Below are positions 26,101 to 41,100 of a DNA stretch of 64,000 nucleotides, piece after piece. The notes under the pieces are model-generated. The model ran no database searches, had not been told where the DNA came from, and worked only from the letters and a program-made list of their open reading frames with translations. The translations under genes were made by a program, and so were the position numbers. This stretch comes from Owenia fusiformis (Eukaryota): assembly GCA_903813345.2 (NCBI GenBank), contig CAIIXF020000001.1:9610001-9674000 (forward strand). Reading direction: 5' to 3'. Each line of letters starts with the position of its first letter. The first letter of the stretch is position 1.

Positions 26101-29100
26101 AATACAGTCAGTAAGTGCCATGCGTGTTGCAGGGGTAGGGTAGCCTTCTAGTGCATTGATAGCCTGCAAGTAACACAATCAAATAGATTTTTATCGAATC
26201 CACTTAATAAACTTTGAAATACATGTTCATAATAATTAAATTTAATCAAAAATGAACTAAAAAAAACAAAAACAGGATTGGTGTGTAAAATAGAAACTTT
26301 TATGGGATTAAGATACCAACTTAGTATATATTCATCTTATTCATGAATAGAAAACTCAAAATGTTACAATTCCAACAGTGGATTAATCTTGAAATGCCCC
26401 AAATCATACATCTACTCATAGTTCTAATAGCAAACATAAAGTCTAACCTCCAGCTGGGCTATAATATCTCTCTCATGTCTTAGCTGGTACTGCCACATAA
26501 AGTCAGGCTGTTCCCAGACTACCTTGCGCAAGAGCTCCATATTCCCATCAGGCCTCAGCCAAAGAACTGGCGAATCAGCATCCATGAAACTCAAGTCAAT
26601 GTCAACCTCCTCACCAGTCATTAATGGGATTTTCTTCTTCTTTTGTCTATTGAGAAAAATATGAAGTGATTCCAGGTACTATAGTAGTGTTTAAATAAAA
26701 TACATGTATGATTGATCTTATGTAATCTTTTGATTTTATTGTAGATGTATCGGACTACAATATGTGTACATTTCTAAATACTGGAAAGATTGATGTTTCA
26801 CTGCCAAGTGGCTAACTTGGGTTAGACCCCAGGGGGTTAGATAGTTCTTCCACCATTTAACAAAGCATTAAAATGACAAACATCACCAACATGTAAGTTA
26901 TAAGTTGTTTGTTATAGATTGTTATAGACTTTTCGTTTTTTTCAACATGTATTTTATATGATTATGATTTTAGTATTAATCATATTCTTAAGGAGCCAAG
27001 CATCTAATTTCATAATTTGAAAAATTAACATGTAAATTTAATTTTTGTTGTTTATTTATTTATTTCAATTAAGGCAATTAAAGTTCTCCACAGATTGAAA
27101 ATTGGTTACCCAAATTAAATATTAATAAAAAGAGTAACTGGAACTTGTGAATATTATGCTTGTTCTTTTTATAGAAATTCTCTGACAAAACAGTCCTATA
27201 AAATACTGCAAAAACCTCTTTTCACATCAAAACTATCATGGTAAAAACCACTCAAGTAAACTGATATTAGATTGTTAACAATGACTTGAAAGGTCAATTT
27301 GTCTATAGATAATTTTTAACCAGAGAAAAATGAACACTAAATCTATCAATTTCAGTCAAAATTCTGTTTTTAAATTGTCTTAGAGAGTGACCAGATCAGC
27401 TTGACCTTGGAGCTTTAACATAGGTATTCAATTTCACTTCCAAAAATAGAACTGTCAATCAAAATGTTAAACTGCATTGAAATAGAGTTAGTTATATTTA
27501 GCACAATTGTTGTGAGATTGCTGATTTGAGTTTTTCTCTGATCCTGAATTGAAGTTTTATTACCAGTCTTCAAACTAATTTACTAATTAACAATTTGAAA
27601 TAAAATAATTATTTGATAAATACATAGAGGTCAGTGTGACCTTCTACATGGAGGTCAGTATGACCTATTTGAAACACAATTTTGAAATTAATGTTCTTAA
27701 TAAGCACAATGACAAAAATGAAATTCCAGGCCTTTGTAGAATTGAAAATTGAAACAATATTGCAGTGAAATCCATAGTTGATTGAGTAAAGGGTTGATTA
27801 ATTGATTGATGAATAAAATGAATTGGAAAATATGCTTCTTTACTCCTGGAGGCTTGAATATGAATTAAAAATGTTTAATTCCTGAATCAAAATGATTTAA
27901 AGATGAAACGCCTCCATGTGAAGTTAAAATTGCTTTGGTATATATTGTAGTCTAATGCTGTCCAAATGTGATATGTGAAACTTTTTTTTATTTTAAGGAC
28001 TTTTATTTTGAATTCATTTGAAATAAAATTTTAAAATTTTGATTGTCATATTCTAGTGATAAGAAATTCTTTCCACCATAACATACATCGTAATCTAATT
28101 TTCGTATACAAAATTTAGATGACTGGAAAATTAACTCACAGGTGCAGAAAAGAGATTCAGAAAAATAAAAAATAATAGCTTCTATAATTTAAGTTCTCAA
28201 TGCAATCAATGATGTAATCGGATTTAAACAAGGCATTAACATAACAGAATGCCACCACCGTTCGAAGGTCATTGAACGTCAAGATCAAATCTCAAATCTA
28301 AAGTTAGATTTGAACTTCTGAGACCTTGTAGATGATTTTGAAAAAATTAGTCAATTTGAAGCAAGCTGAAAAAAGACCTTTTTGACCTTCAATACCATGG
28401 TAAAAGATATTGGCAGAAATGTGCTGGAACTCATAACATTTTATATATGTTGACAACAAAAAGGTGAAGTCAGTCTAAACAGTACTTGTTTAGTTATTAT
28501 AAGTTGGAAGAAATTGTTACAGATGCTGAACACCAACTGCTGAATGCCAAACGCCAATAGAGGAAAACCATCCACAAAAAAACTATAACAATATGTCACC
28601 ACTTCTGGTGTAATGTCTACTTATTCTCACCTTCTGCTTTTAGAGTGGCATGTAATTTCAAACTTTGTTTTATTCTCCTCTATTTTGAATGTGTGTTTGA
28701 AGGATCCATCCAGCTCTTGTATGGTCATTGTAAGGGGGCCCTGATAAGAAAAAAACAACACATTTTAACCAACAATTGAAGCTCCATAGATACGTATGGA
28801 GGTGCATGTCCAATAAACTACCCAAGAAGGCTTCAAAACAACAATGGACCAGTACTGGAAAGAGCAACGCAACCTTCTGTAGGATTTCTTCATTGAAAAT
28901 TCCTTTTCAAGCAGAAATTCAATGCCCATAAACCTTTATTCAATAAAATTGCTTTCCTATATCTCTGCATCTGTTCAGAAGATATTAAAACTTAACACAG
29001 CCAAATAAATCTTTAAACAAAGATGATGATAATGCAGATATGAAGAAAAGGTCCCAATACATAGGATTTCATACAATAGTTTAAGTTTTTAAGGTGAGGC

Positions 29101-32100
29101 TAGTGTGAATATTGGACATGTCTACCAGTATACAAGTTAACATGCAAATATTTCCACATTTGATTTACAGCAACCTAATGTCGGCTGTAGCTTCCCATAT
29201 ACGGGAGAATATGCAGCATAAAAAATAGGGATAAGAAGAAAAAAAAGTGATCATCTTACAACATATTTCAGATCTCCAGGACTAGAGATGTCCTGCTTCA
29301 GCTCAAGTTCTACAACGTTCCTCTTCCTGTTGAATACAAAATTCCCGCTGAACTTGGGACATCCACTCTGACACCTATTAGCATGTGAAGGAACTAAGAC
29401 TTTAATTTACTTTTACACATTGTATTTGTATGCCACTACATCAAATGCAATCCAATTAAATAATAAAAAAAATTCAAACAAATATATGTTTTTTCAATAA
29501 CACCTGTGAAATGATTTTGAAACTTCACTCTAACTCATAAAAATAACGATTAAGGATGACTAAAAGTACAATTTGAATTTAAAATAAAAATAAATAAAAA
29601 ATTGGCCAATATTATTAATATAATATGAAAGGATACACCCATTGATCGATGAAAACTTGCACATCTTTCCCTGTAACAGTGGAGATTCCCCTCAGAAACT
29701 AAAACATAACAAACAATTACAACATTATATATTATAGCATAAACACACAACTACAACACTATCATACAAGTTGTATAGTATAAACAAACAATTGCAACAG
29801 TTGAAACTATACAAGGCACAAATAATTGCAATGAACTGTACAACAGACAAACAACTATCTGAATATATATATGAATCAAAATTAGTATTACCTTCCAATA
29901 ATAGGTGTATAATAGGACTACTAAACATGTTGCTGAACAATTTGATTGCTAACAAGAAATGTCAAAAAATGTATAGTTACGGAAGATGTTGAGAGCAGCA
30001 TATGTCCCCAAAGGTCATAATTGGTCTTTTGTGTTGATGCATTTGTTGCTAGGGACAACAATTTGTTAAAAACCTGAAAATAAATAGTTTTTATGTATCA
30101 TAAAGTGTTTTGTGAGAAGACAGTATCTTTTGCCTTCTATGAATAAATGAATATTAAGAAGGTGGATCCTGGGTCATGTGGTTGTCTGCGGTCCCAGACC
30201 TAGGTAGCGCAGATTGGGGTCAGTTGCATTCTAAGCCAACCCATAACAAGCAACAGTTATTTCATGTTATATTTCAATCACTGAATTATAAGTGTTCTAA
30301 TTCATTATCATTATTTGATATTGTTATTTGAAATTGTACACATTATTACTATATATTATTATTTGAACTGTACTGTACACATTATTACTATATATTCACA
30401 TTATTGGGGTTGAAGGAGAAAACTGTCGGACCTATGCACGGAAAACATACATACTGACAGATGCACCTAGGCCAACAATATATATGGCCCCCACACTATG
30501 TGGTGGGGACATAATAACAAAAGGCAAGCACCCCCCTCTATGCCTCAGATTACCTGCTAGCAATGTTCAGTAACCCACGGCTGTGGGAATCACTTCTAGC
30601 CACTAGAACTTGAGCACATCCCTATTACTAAGGATGATCTAGCAATGCTAGAAGCAACCTGGGTTGTCTACATGGCCTTAACCTTGAATACAACCCATTG
30701 CCTAGATCTAATTGGGCTCAATCAACTAGTCTGAGACACCCAGCCTAGAGGAAGGTGCTTACCAGTGTTTGTTTTCTTGTTTGTGTGTAGTTAAGCAATG
30801 GCTGGAGACGGTTTAACCAATTACATATAAAACTATATTAAGCTTTTATAGAACACTAACTGCTTTCACGAGCTCTCTCCCAAAGTTTCATTTAAATAAG
30901 AATTGCTTTTGGTAGCATAATGTCAATTGTCTTAATGAAAAGTCACCCAAATCACAACCTAATAAATCAATTAAACTCTATTTCAAATCATAATATATTT
31001 TAATTGTCAGCTTTCGATAGCTTTAATTAAAACTATGACATTTATGAATATATTATTCTGATTTTTCTGGTTCTTTTTTGAGAAATGTCACTTCCTTTTA
31101 CTGAAGTATACCGTTTCCAACAATCAATTACTGACATCTATAAAGAATATCAACTTGCAGGGCAACATAACCTCACAAGCGTTAACTGCATTCACGAAAC
31201 TACAATGTAAACAGAATCCAAAGAAAACCTCATATTCACTATACCAGTAAATCAATATACTTCACTGATAAAAAGCACAAAGGGTAATGTTCGGTAATGT
31301 TCGTCAAATAAATAGTACCGTGGGTACTGGGCTCACATGATGTTGCTTAAAAGTGAATGATGGCTAAAGTGGAAGAAAATGAAATATTTGAAAATAGGCG
31401 AGCTTTTGAAACAGGAGGAGTCATAGGGGGGTTTTCTATATTGATGTTGAACAAATATAGCTTAAAAACGGGAATCCAATTGACAGAGGTTTTAGAACGG
31501 GCCAATTGTTGACAGACGGACAGATAGAAAAACAGACAGACAAGTGAGTGATTGCAATGGTTCACCATGTGAGCTAACAAAACAACATAAACCACAACAA
31601 ATTTTACTACAACTTTATCAAACTAGCAATGAACCTCCCATTACTGACATCTATAAAGTGAATGATTTTATAAGAATATTATAGTGCTTCAGTAGAAATG
31701 ATTTTATTCATTATGGTGCTTCAGTAGCTCCTCTCAGTTTAGTTAGTTACACCTATGATAGAAACCAATATTTTGTGTACTTTAGTAAATCATGTTTAAA
31801 GACATGTTAAGCAGATAAGTAGGTCAGTATTACATAATCATGAAATGAATCAGTCTGAAAATACAATTGGTCAGAATGTACTAAAACCTGCTTGAAACTG
31901 AAAAACATTGCATGCTCTATTCCACACAATTCGGAAGCTTTTGAAATTCGCAGTAACAATGAATAAGCAGCTTGTATATAATCATTGCATAGAAAACACT
32001 TCATGTAGTGTTTATCAGATGTATTGAGTTGACCAAAATACTCCTTTGTTTACTACATACTGGACTACATACTTGCACCCTTACATATATGTTACTGTAC

Positions 32101-35100
32101 ATATTGTAGAATTAGCCCATAAGAGCTTTGCAAAATCAACATCTTATACTATCAAAGTAATAGACGGCTTGCCCAACCTTACAGGCAAACTATTATAGAC
32201 AAATTTGAAGATAAGACTGATATTGTCACATTGAATTATGATAATAAGTAAATAACATTTTGTAATATTTTGCACGGGTATAACCATGCACAGTAGAATA
32301 ATACACAGGGTTACCCTAAATTGTAGAAACATGAATATGTTTCTAACTTATAATTAATTAATTCATATATCCCAAGGATTTCACCTGTTCCCTTCCTGAC
32401 AACCTTGTTTTATTTTTGATTTATACAATAAAATAAACTACTCTATCACTTTTATTTCCATTTATTGACATGAGAACTCAAATGATCAATGGGAAAACAA
32501 TGCTAAACTTGCACACTGAAATAGGTATTCCAGCAGGCCTAGGAAAATATGGCTAGAAAAAGATAATACACCTAAGGGCTACAGGTGGACAAACTATTCC
32601 CCCTGAAAAGTTTTTTAAGGGTCAGATCATTAAATTCCTGATTGCATTGAAAAGCTTTGAATGCTAATTTTCAAGAATGGATGTATTACAAAAGAAGAAA
32701 ATATGAAGAATTCATATCGTTTATTTCGAGTGATTATTGAGTGTCAAGTTTTGTCTCTAGTGACAGCATGTTACTGAATATCTCATCAAGTGACCTAAAC
32801 TACAGCAGCTAAAATAAGCATACCGAAATATTATAATTTAGTATGATTCAGAGAAAGGGATTATACAGAGAGATTAGCAATTTATCTATTATCTTACAAT
32901 TTAGCTCAATTCTTGAATTTGAAGATCTACTGCTATATTGTTTAATATGCATTATAACAGATCGATTTGATGGTAAGAACTAGTATGTGATATAATTGAT
33001 TTTACCTTTTTGTCATCATTGCTAAAGAATATAATAATACCATTCCAATTAATGATAACTCACTTATTGTATTACTTCCGCTTGATACACATGCTGGAAG
33101 ATATGCTTTTAAAATTAGTAAACCATTACCAAAACTATGGTTACCCTGTAGGTGTGAAAGGCACATTAAAATGAATATCACCCCCTTCAATCTATTTTTA
33201 CAGGTTTTTATGATTATTTCACGTTTTGCTATATTTTGCGTAACCAGGATGGTGAATTTTCTTCATTTTTCTTCAAACACTTCGTCTTACCAATATTCAT
33301 TATATATGTCAATTTCAAGAAAATCGCGCCGCTACGTTTGAAAATAATCCAAATTATGTCATTTTTCCCATTGAGCTCCATTATAAAAATGGAATTTTCA
33401 AACTTAATATTTTAAAATTCTACGTGGTGAAAAGTTGCATATTGAGTAGGTAGTTAATGTTATGGTGTAAAAAATTCAAAACAAAAAGGAATAAAGAAAA
33501 AATGCCACGGAGAAGTCTGCTTAACATGTCTTTAAGTATACTGTAGTGAACTAAGTTTAGTACTTTAGTGTTGGCTTTGCTGTACATTGGATGATAAAAC
33601 TGTTGTGTTCAAACATGCTTCAATATACAACTTTGCTTTATGTTTGAATAAGGTTAACAAAGTGATACACTAGTACATGTATTCAACATTTAGATTAAGA
33701 ATAACACACACTGAGAAGCATTCAAACTGTATATGCAAGCAATGCCACTATAGTATAAGTTAGACTAGTTCTCATGTGCATATCTTGTCTACTCTCTAAT
33801 ACAGCATTAACATTTTACATTGATCCTGAAGTAGATCAACATATTGAAGAACTGGGAACTGGGAAATAAAGGATACCTCATAAGTACAAGTGTTTCATGA
33901 GAATGGAGATCCTTATAGACCACATTGATCACATAGTTCTCACTGTTGTAGACATGGATAAGACTATCAACTTCTATACAGATGTACTAGGTATGACTGT
34001 AACAACATTCAAGGGAACAAGAAAGGCACTAGCATTCGGCCAATCAAAAATCAATCTCCATCAAGCCGGGAAAGAATTTGAGCCTAAAGCTAGAAGTCCT
34101 ACACCTGGCTCTACTGATCTGTGTTTTATCACAAAAACCCCCATTGATGCTGTGATTGATAGACTGAAAGATCTGGGGATACCCATTGAAGAAGGCCCTG
34201 TAGAGAGGACCGGAGCTCATGGTACAATTCTCTCTGTGTATATAAGAGATCCGGATGGTAATCTGATTGAGCTTTCCAACTATGTATAACAATATCCAAA
34301 ACAGATTGAAGAAAACCACAAACTATATAATATATTAAAAGTACCTGTTTGCATGGATTGATTCATAATTGTTACTAGACTATTACATGAATAGGCATTC
34401 ACACAAAGCTAGGAAAAGTGTGTCCGATTCCAGCCAATCCGAACACAGTCTTTCACATAACTGCAGTGCATTATATCACTAATAACCGCATTCAAAATCA
34501 TTTGTTAAACAGTTGTTAAACTTTGCATTCCTGCTGCGCGGTCATGCAAAGATTTGGAAACAATTTATTCAATGGAACGCTTCAGCAAATATAAGTTCAG
34601 GGCTTAAATCCTTAATTCCTTCACTAAGTTCCTTCACTATGTTGATATGCTCATGAAATATGAACTGACTTTTGGACATATGTAGTACGTACGTCATGAT
34701 AACTAAAGAGCAAAAAGTAGTCACATAAATAAATGTAATATGAATACACCATTATTTCCATAAATGTTTCATAAACTAAATAAAAATGTCCCAGTAAATA
34801 GTTTTTTTGTGCCTGTAAACTAATGGCAATAACCCAGATGACAGTAGGAAGTTAACAATTTCACCACCAGGTGGCTAATTCAGGTCAGATAACATGGTCG
34901 ATACAGTAGAAGGTTCCTTTAAAAGATATTTCACTTTTTTTGATTGTATAACATGAGCTATATGGGGCCTTTGAAGTCTTATTTTCAAAGAAAATTCTTA
35001 TCAGTTAATCATACTGACATAACCTTTTGTCAGTATTAGAACTTTACAATGGAATTCCAAGGTCTTTTCTGTTAAAACTTGTAGTTATAGAGTGTAATAT

Positions 35101-38100
35101 CATATATGAAACATAGTTGTAGTTTCTAAGCAACCATGTTTCAGTAGACGATTACTGCCAGACAATGAACATCATCTCATTTATACAATGACAAATATCA
35201 GACAGTTTCAAATGCTAAAAACAAAATTGAATTATAATTGCTTGATTTTTGAGATATTGCCTGTATAGTTGGATTGATTCAAAATTGTATTCTTATTTAA
35301 ACTTGTAAGGAAAATACAAGGCATATTAACATGCAAAATGCCATTTGTTACAGATGCTGAATGCCAACCGCCAGACTTTGTCACAAAAAATCAAGAGACT
35401 ATAACAATATGTCACCACATGTGCGAAGTGCAGGGTTCTCATCATAAATCCCATTGTTGCATGTAATGCACACTGTATCTTGCAATATCATCATACCCAT
35501 GTATGGTAATTCCTCAGTTTTTTTCCATATATAGTAATTCCTCAGTTTTTCTCCATATATGGTAATTCCTCAGATGTTCTCCATATATGATAATTCTTCA
35601 GTTTTTCTCCATATATGGTAATTCCTCAGTTTTCCTCAACATACTGATGACTATTCGATGTGGTGAGAACATAGGTGTGTATAAAATATACGAGGGTTGT
35701 CCAAAAAAGATAACTCACCTGTGTAAGTAATTCTGGTCCAATTCTAAGCTCCAACATGCGTATAACAAGATGAGCCTTCTTCTCCATCATTTGGGCGTAC
35801 CTGGGTGAGATAGTGTGTGGGTGGCGTATCGGGAAATATGTACAATGCTCAAGACTGGAGGATGGGTCCAGCACGATACCACATACATTCTGCTCATAGT
35901 CAATCACAGACTGCAGCTCCTAAAATGTCATTAAATAGTCACACTTTTTGGACATTGTAAATAAATGATAAATATTATTTCTGTTGCTTTAAATTAATGT
36001 TAAATAACTTATATAATGCTGCGGTCACTTTTGATCGACATCAACTGTGCGGTGGCTGTAGCTTCCCAAGATCAAAAGAAACATGCAGCATAAAATATGA
36101 GGATAAGCAGTGAGATTTCAATTTTCTATATCGATTTTGTGAAGCTACGGCAGCATTGCAGCCGCCATAGAGTAAATGTGACCGAGGCTTAAAGAAGGGC
36201 ACTTACTTCATAAATGTGGTATCTGTATTCATTGGTTCCAAAGAATCTCTTCACAAACAGAGAGGCAAGGTATAATGATATTCCTTTTGGCAACCAAGCA
36301 TCTGACCTGCATCAATAGTTCATAATTTCATAAAAGATGAACTTAGAATCTAAAATAAATTCTCTGAAATTCTCCAAGTTAAGGAACTGAACCCTTGATG
36401 TACAAATAAACACCACATAAATGTTAGCTATCTTTCCCCAATCATATTGCTACCCATACATCAATGTAATAAATGCTGCTCACCAAGTATCCATGGTGAT
36501 GAATGTACCAAAGAATTGCCTGGCGATTGCCTCAGCCATGATGCTACGCGATAGGTAGGTCTGGTCAATGATGCGGGAGGAATGCAACAGATTTGAACTG
36601 AAAATGATAAAAGCTCTTGATGCATTTGTTCCAAATATGCTTTGACAATAATAAAAGAAAAATCATTGCACATATGTGTTGGAATGAAATAAGCATTTGA
36701 TTACTTGTTGTACTTTTGATATTATTGTTGTAGTTTTAAGATCGTTTTTAAACAAGAAATCTGCCTGAGAGACCTAAAAGGGTCTTCATGCAATTATGCA
36801 CCATAATACATTAAACAACAAACACGTCCTGTTTGGCCGAGTAGATGGTTAAGTTTCGAATTTCATGAGTTATAAATCATTATATTCAATAGAAATGAGA
36901 ACTTCCTGATCTATAAAACATACCTTAAGAATGTTAGAGTTGCAAAAGATTGTGCATCATCATATGTCTGGTCCACAAATACCTGCTTGTAGCAACTGTA
37001 GGGGTAACGTATGGACATCAACTCCTCATAGAACTCAAATGCCTACAAAATAAATCACTGAACTACCACACTGGCATATATACTCAAATGCCTACAAAAG
37101 AACTCACTGAACTACCACACTGGCATATTTACTCAAATGCCTACAAAAGAACTCACTGAACTACCACACTGGCATATGTACTCAAATGCCTACAAAAGAA
37201 CTCACTGAACTACCACACTGGCATATATACTCAAATGCCTACAAAAGAACTCACTGAACTACCACACTGGCATATTTACTCAAATGCCTGCAAAATAACT
37301 CACTGAACTACCACACTGGCATATTAACTCAAATGCCTACAAAAGAACTCACTGAACTACCACACTGGCATATATACTCAAATGCCTACAAAAGAACTCA
37401 CTGAACTACCACACTGGCATATATACTCAAATGTCTACTAAAGAACTCACTGAACTACCACACTGGCATATATACTCAAATGTCAACTAAAGAACTCACT
37501 GAACTACCACACTGGCATATTTACTCAAATGTCTACTAAAGAACTCACTGAACTACCACACTGGCATATATACTCAAATGTCTACTAAAGAACTCACTGA
37601 ACTACCACACTGGCATATTTACTCAAATGCCTACAAAAGAACTCACTGAACTACCACACAGGCATATATACTCAAATGCCTACAAAAGAACTCACTGAAC
37701 TACCACACTGCCATATATACTCAAATGCCTACAAAATAACTCATTAAACTACCACACATATATACTCAAATGTCACAAATGCAAGAATTTATTGAGCTAT
37801 TATATTACCATACATATTCAAATGTCACCAATGCAGGCATTTGAGTATATAAGCCAGTGTAGTAATTTATTGAGCTACTTCACTGGAATATATACTCAAC
37901 TGTCACTAATCCAAGAATTTATTGAGCTACTACATTTGCATATATACTCAACTGTCACCAATGCAAGAATTTATTGAGCTACTACATTTGCATATATAAT
38001 CAATTGTTACTAATGCAAGAATTTATTGAGCTACTACATTTGCATATACTCAAATGACACTAATGCAAGAATTTATTGAGCTACCACATTTGCATATATA

Positions 38101-41100
38101 CTCAACTGTCACCAATGCAATAATTTATTGAGCTACTACATTTGCATATATAATCAACTGTCACTAATGCAAGAATTTATTGAGCTACTACATTTGCATA
38201 TATACTCAACTGTCACTAATGCAAGAATTTATTGAGCTACTACATTTGCATATATACTCAACTGTCACCAATGCAATAATTTATTGAGCTACTACATTTG
38301 CATATATACTCAACTGTCACCAATGCAATAATTTATTGAGCTACTACATTTGCATATATACTCAACTGTCACCAATGCAATAATTTATTGAGCTACTACA
38401 TTTGCATATATACTCAACTGTCACCAATGCAATAATTTATTGAGCTACTACATTTGCATATATACTCAACTGTCACTAATGCAATAATTTATTGAGCTAC
38501 TACATTTGCATATATACTCAACTGTCACCAATGCAATAATTTATTGAGCTACTACATTTGCATATATACTCAACTGTCACCAATGCAATAATTTATTGAG
38601 CTACTACATTTGCATATATACTCAACTGTCACCAATGCAAGAATTTATTAAGCTTCTACGACACGGACACTATATATACATAAATTCAATTACCTTTCAA
38701 AAACTGAAGATGTATCATCATCATTTAAGGTGTATTAACATATATTTAAATGTTCAAAAAAGACACACAGTTTGTAAATACATTGAGAGACAAAATTCCA
38801 TACCTCGTGTAGAAATGCTGTGGTGTGCTGCAGTAAGGGTTTCAAGTGAGGCAGACAGAAATGAGTCACTTCATGCATATTTGGGTCAACTAGTACCTCA
38901 AATGGTCTGCAAATATAAGATGACAAGGCATAAACATGCAAAATGTCACCACCTGCCATTTGTTACAGATGCTATGTTACAGACACTGAACACCAACCGC
39001 TGTCCACAAAAAAGTTGGGAGTCTTGTGGTGGTGATATTAGAAACATAGTATATATCAAGCAATATCATAAGCATTTGAGCAATAGGGCACTACACCCTG
39101 TTCAAAATCAGAAAATGATGCACCGTCCTATTGAAAATCTCTACTTACTTAAAATCTGCAATAGAGCATGATAATATACATCAAGGCCTTATCTACACAG
39201 CAATTGAACACATTTATCAGTTACTCACCCAACTGCAAATGCAATATTGAAAGCAGAGGTTGGAGTAGACAGGTAGTAATGGTATGTCTTCTTACGCATA
39301 TCTTGTGTATAAACAGTATCTACCAGATCCCCACAAGATACAGCTATCATATCACAGTCAACCGTAAACTCCAATTTCCATGTACAAGGCTCGGCAAAAC
39401 TATCGATACATGGGAAACACAACCTGAAAAGAGAATTTACATTATTTATATGGTCCGATCGAACACATATGCAAAAGTGCTAAAGGGTTGAAGAAGAGGG
39501 ACTGATTTAATTTTGAGCTCATCTTCCTCATGTTCGTTATCCAATCAGAGTGCCAAATCAATTCGTTATGCATCATTTATATTAAAGTTTTATTAGGTAG
39601 ATCATTTTGATATATGTACAAATTAGAAGTACATGTGTAACTTAAAACTGTTGATAAAATATTTTAACTATGAAATCATTTATTGTTTATACTGTAGTGA
39701 AGTTTATCTTTAGTAGGCTTTATTTCATGCTTTGTTGAGCAGATATGTTTTTAGTCTGAAAAATATGTTTTGATTTTAGACTGTGTAACAGTTTACACTT
39801 GTCTGATTCTAAAACACGTAATTTACCCCTTTATTCTATTTATTGAATAAACTAATATTGTGTACCAGTTTAACAGTAACATGGATTTTCTGTTCCACTT
39901 TTTAATATGTGACAAGGAGCGTAATATTAAAGCCTCAGCCATATTTGCTCGCAGCGGAAGTATGGTGGCTGTAGCTTCACAAAATCCACGGGTAATATCT
40001 AAAGCCCCGCTATGATTGAAAAATCGCGAGCAAGTCCCCGCTGAAATCGCGAGCATAGTCCTGTTTATTTGTATCACTTTGGAAAATGAACCAAAAGGAT
40101 GAAAATACTTATTACCGTTCTTTGATACTCCAGCAAAACTTTGAAAACAGATATATTTGACAAAAAATGACATGAAAAATGATTATTTTGTACTTGCATG
40201 AAGGAAAGGGGCGTCAACATGCACGTTTGCATAATTTACTGTTCATATATTACCTTTATCGTTAAAATAAAGGCAATAAATACGATTTACATACTCCATA
40301 ATAAATATCGGATCAAGATGGTCTGTATTGATAAGTTACTGGACAATGACACCTGCCATGGGGGTCGTAATACATCATTAAAGGTGTTCCAGTGGCCCCG
40401 CTGAAAAAATGAGGAGGCCCCACTGAAAACATGAGGAGACCCCGCTGAAAACACGAGCAAATTTCACGACTACCCGCTTCGATCACGAGGAAAGCTTCAT
40501 CATTATTCCATGAATATAGTGAGCTTCTTTATATGAACGTACACGAATGTGCAAATAACGTATTAATGACAATCACTTAACATATCATTCTATGGCAACA
40601 TCAAAAATATTTCTTCTTCAACTTCAGGCAGTCTACTCCATCTGTCAGCGGCATGATCAATGTAAATAGACTTTGTGCATTTCGGAGTTAAATGTACATT
40701 CTACATAATTAACTATTCCAAGGATTATACTTCTGAGGACAAATATATTTCATTGGTTTCTTTGTCCGACCGTTCATTTGTGCGTGCATTCGACCGACCG
40801 TTCGTTCGTGCGTGCGTTCGTCCGACGGTCCGTTCGTTCATGCGTACGTTCATCCGACAGATTGATCGTTCGTGCGTGCATGCATCGCCCAATCATGCGT
40901 TCGTGACAGCGTTCGTCCGACCGTCCATTCGTTCGTTCGTGCGTGCATCCGTGAGATTGTCCGTCCGTTTGTGTGCGCATGCGTTCGTCTGACCGTCCGT
41001 TTGTGCTTGCTTTCGTCTGACTGCCCTTTCGTTCGTGGGTTCGTCCGTCTAGCCGTCCGTTCGTCCGTGCGTGCTTTCGTTCAACCGTCCATTCATGCGT

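Noticed and set aside
37033-38650. CRISPR-like regular repeats
   Set aside because: Head-to-tail tandem units with no unique spacers, no cas genes, eukaryotic intron context
39987-40053. RAG recombination-signal-like terminus
   Set aside because: Only CAC matches the heptamer; no nonamer at 12/23 spacing and no RAG-like ORF
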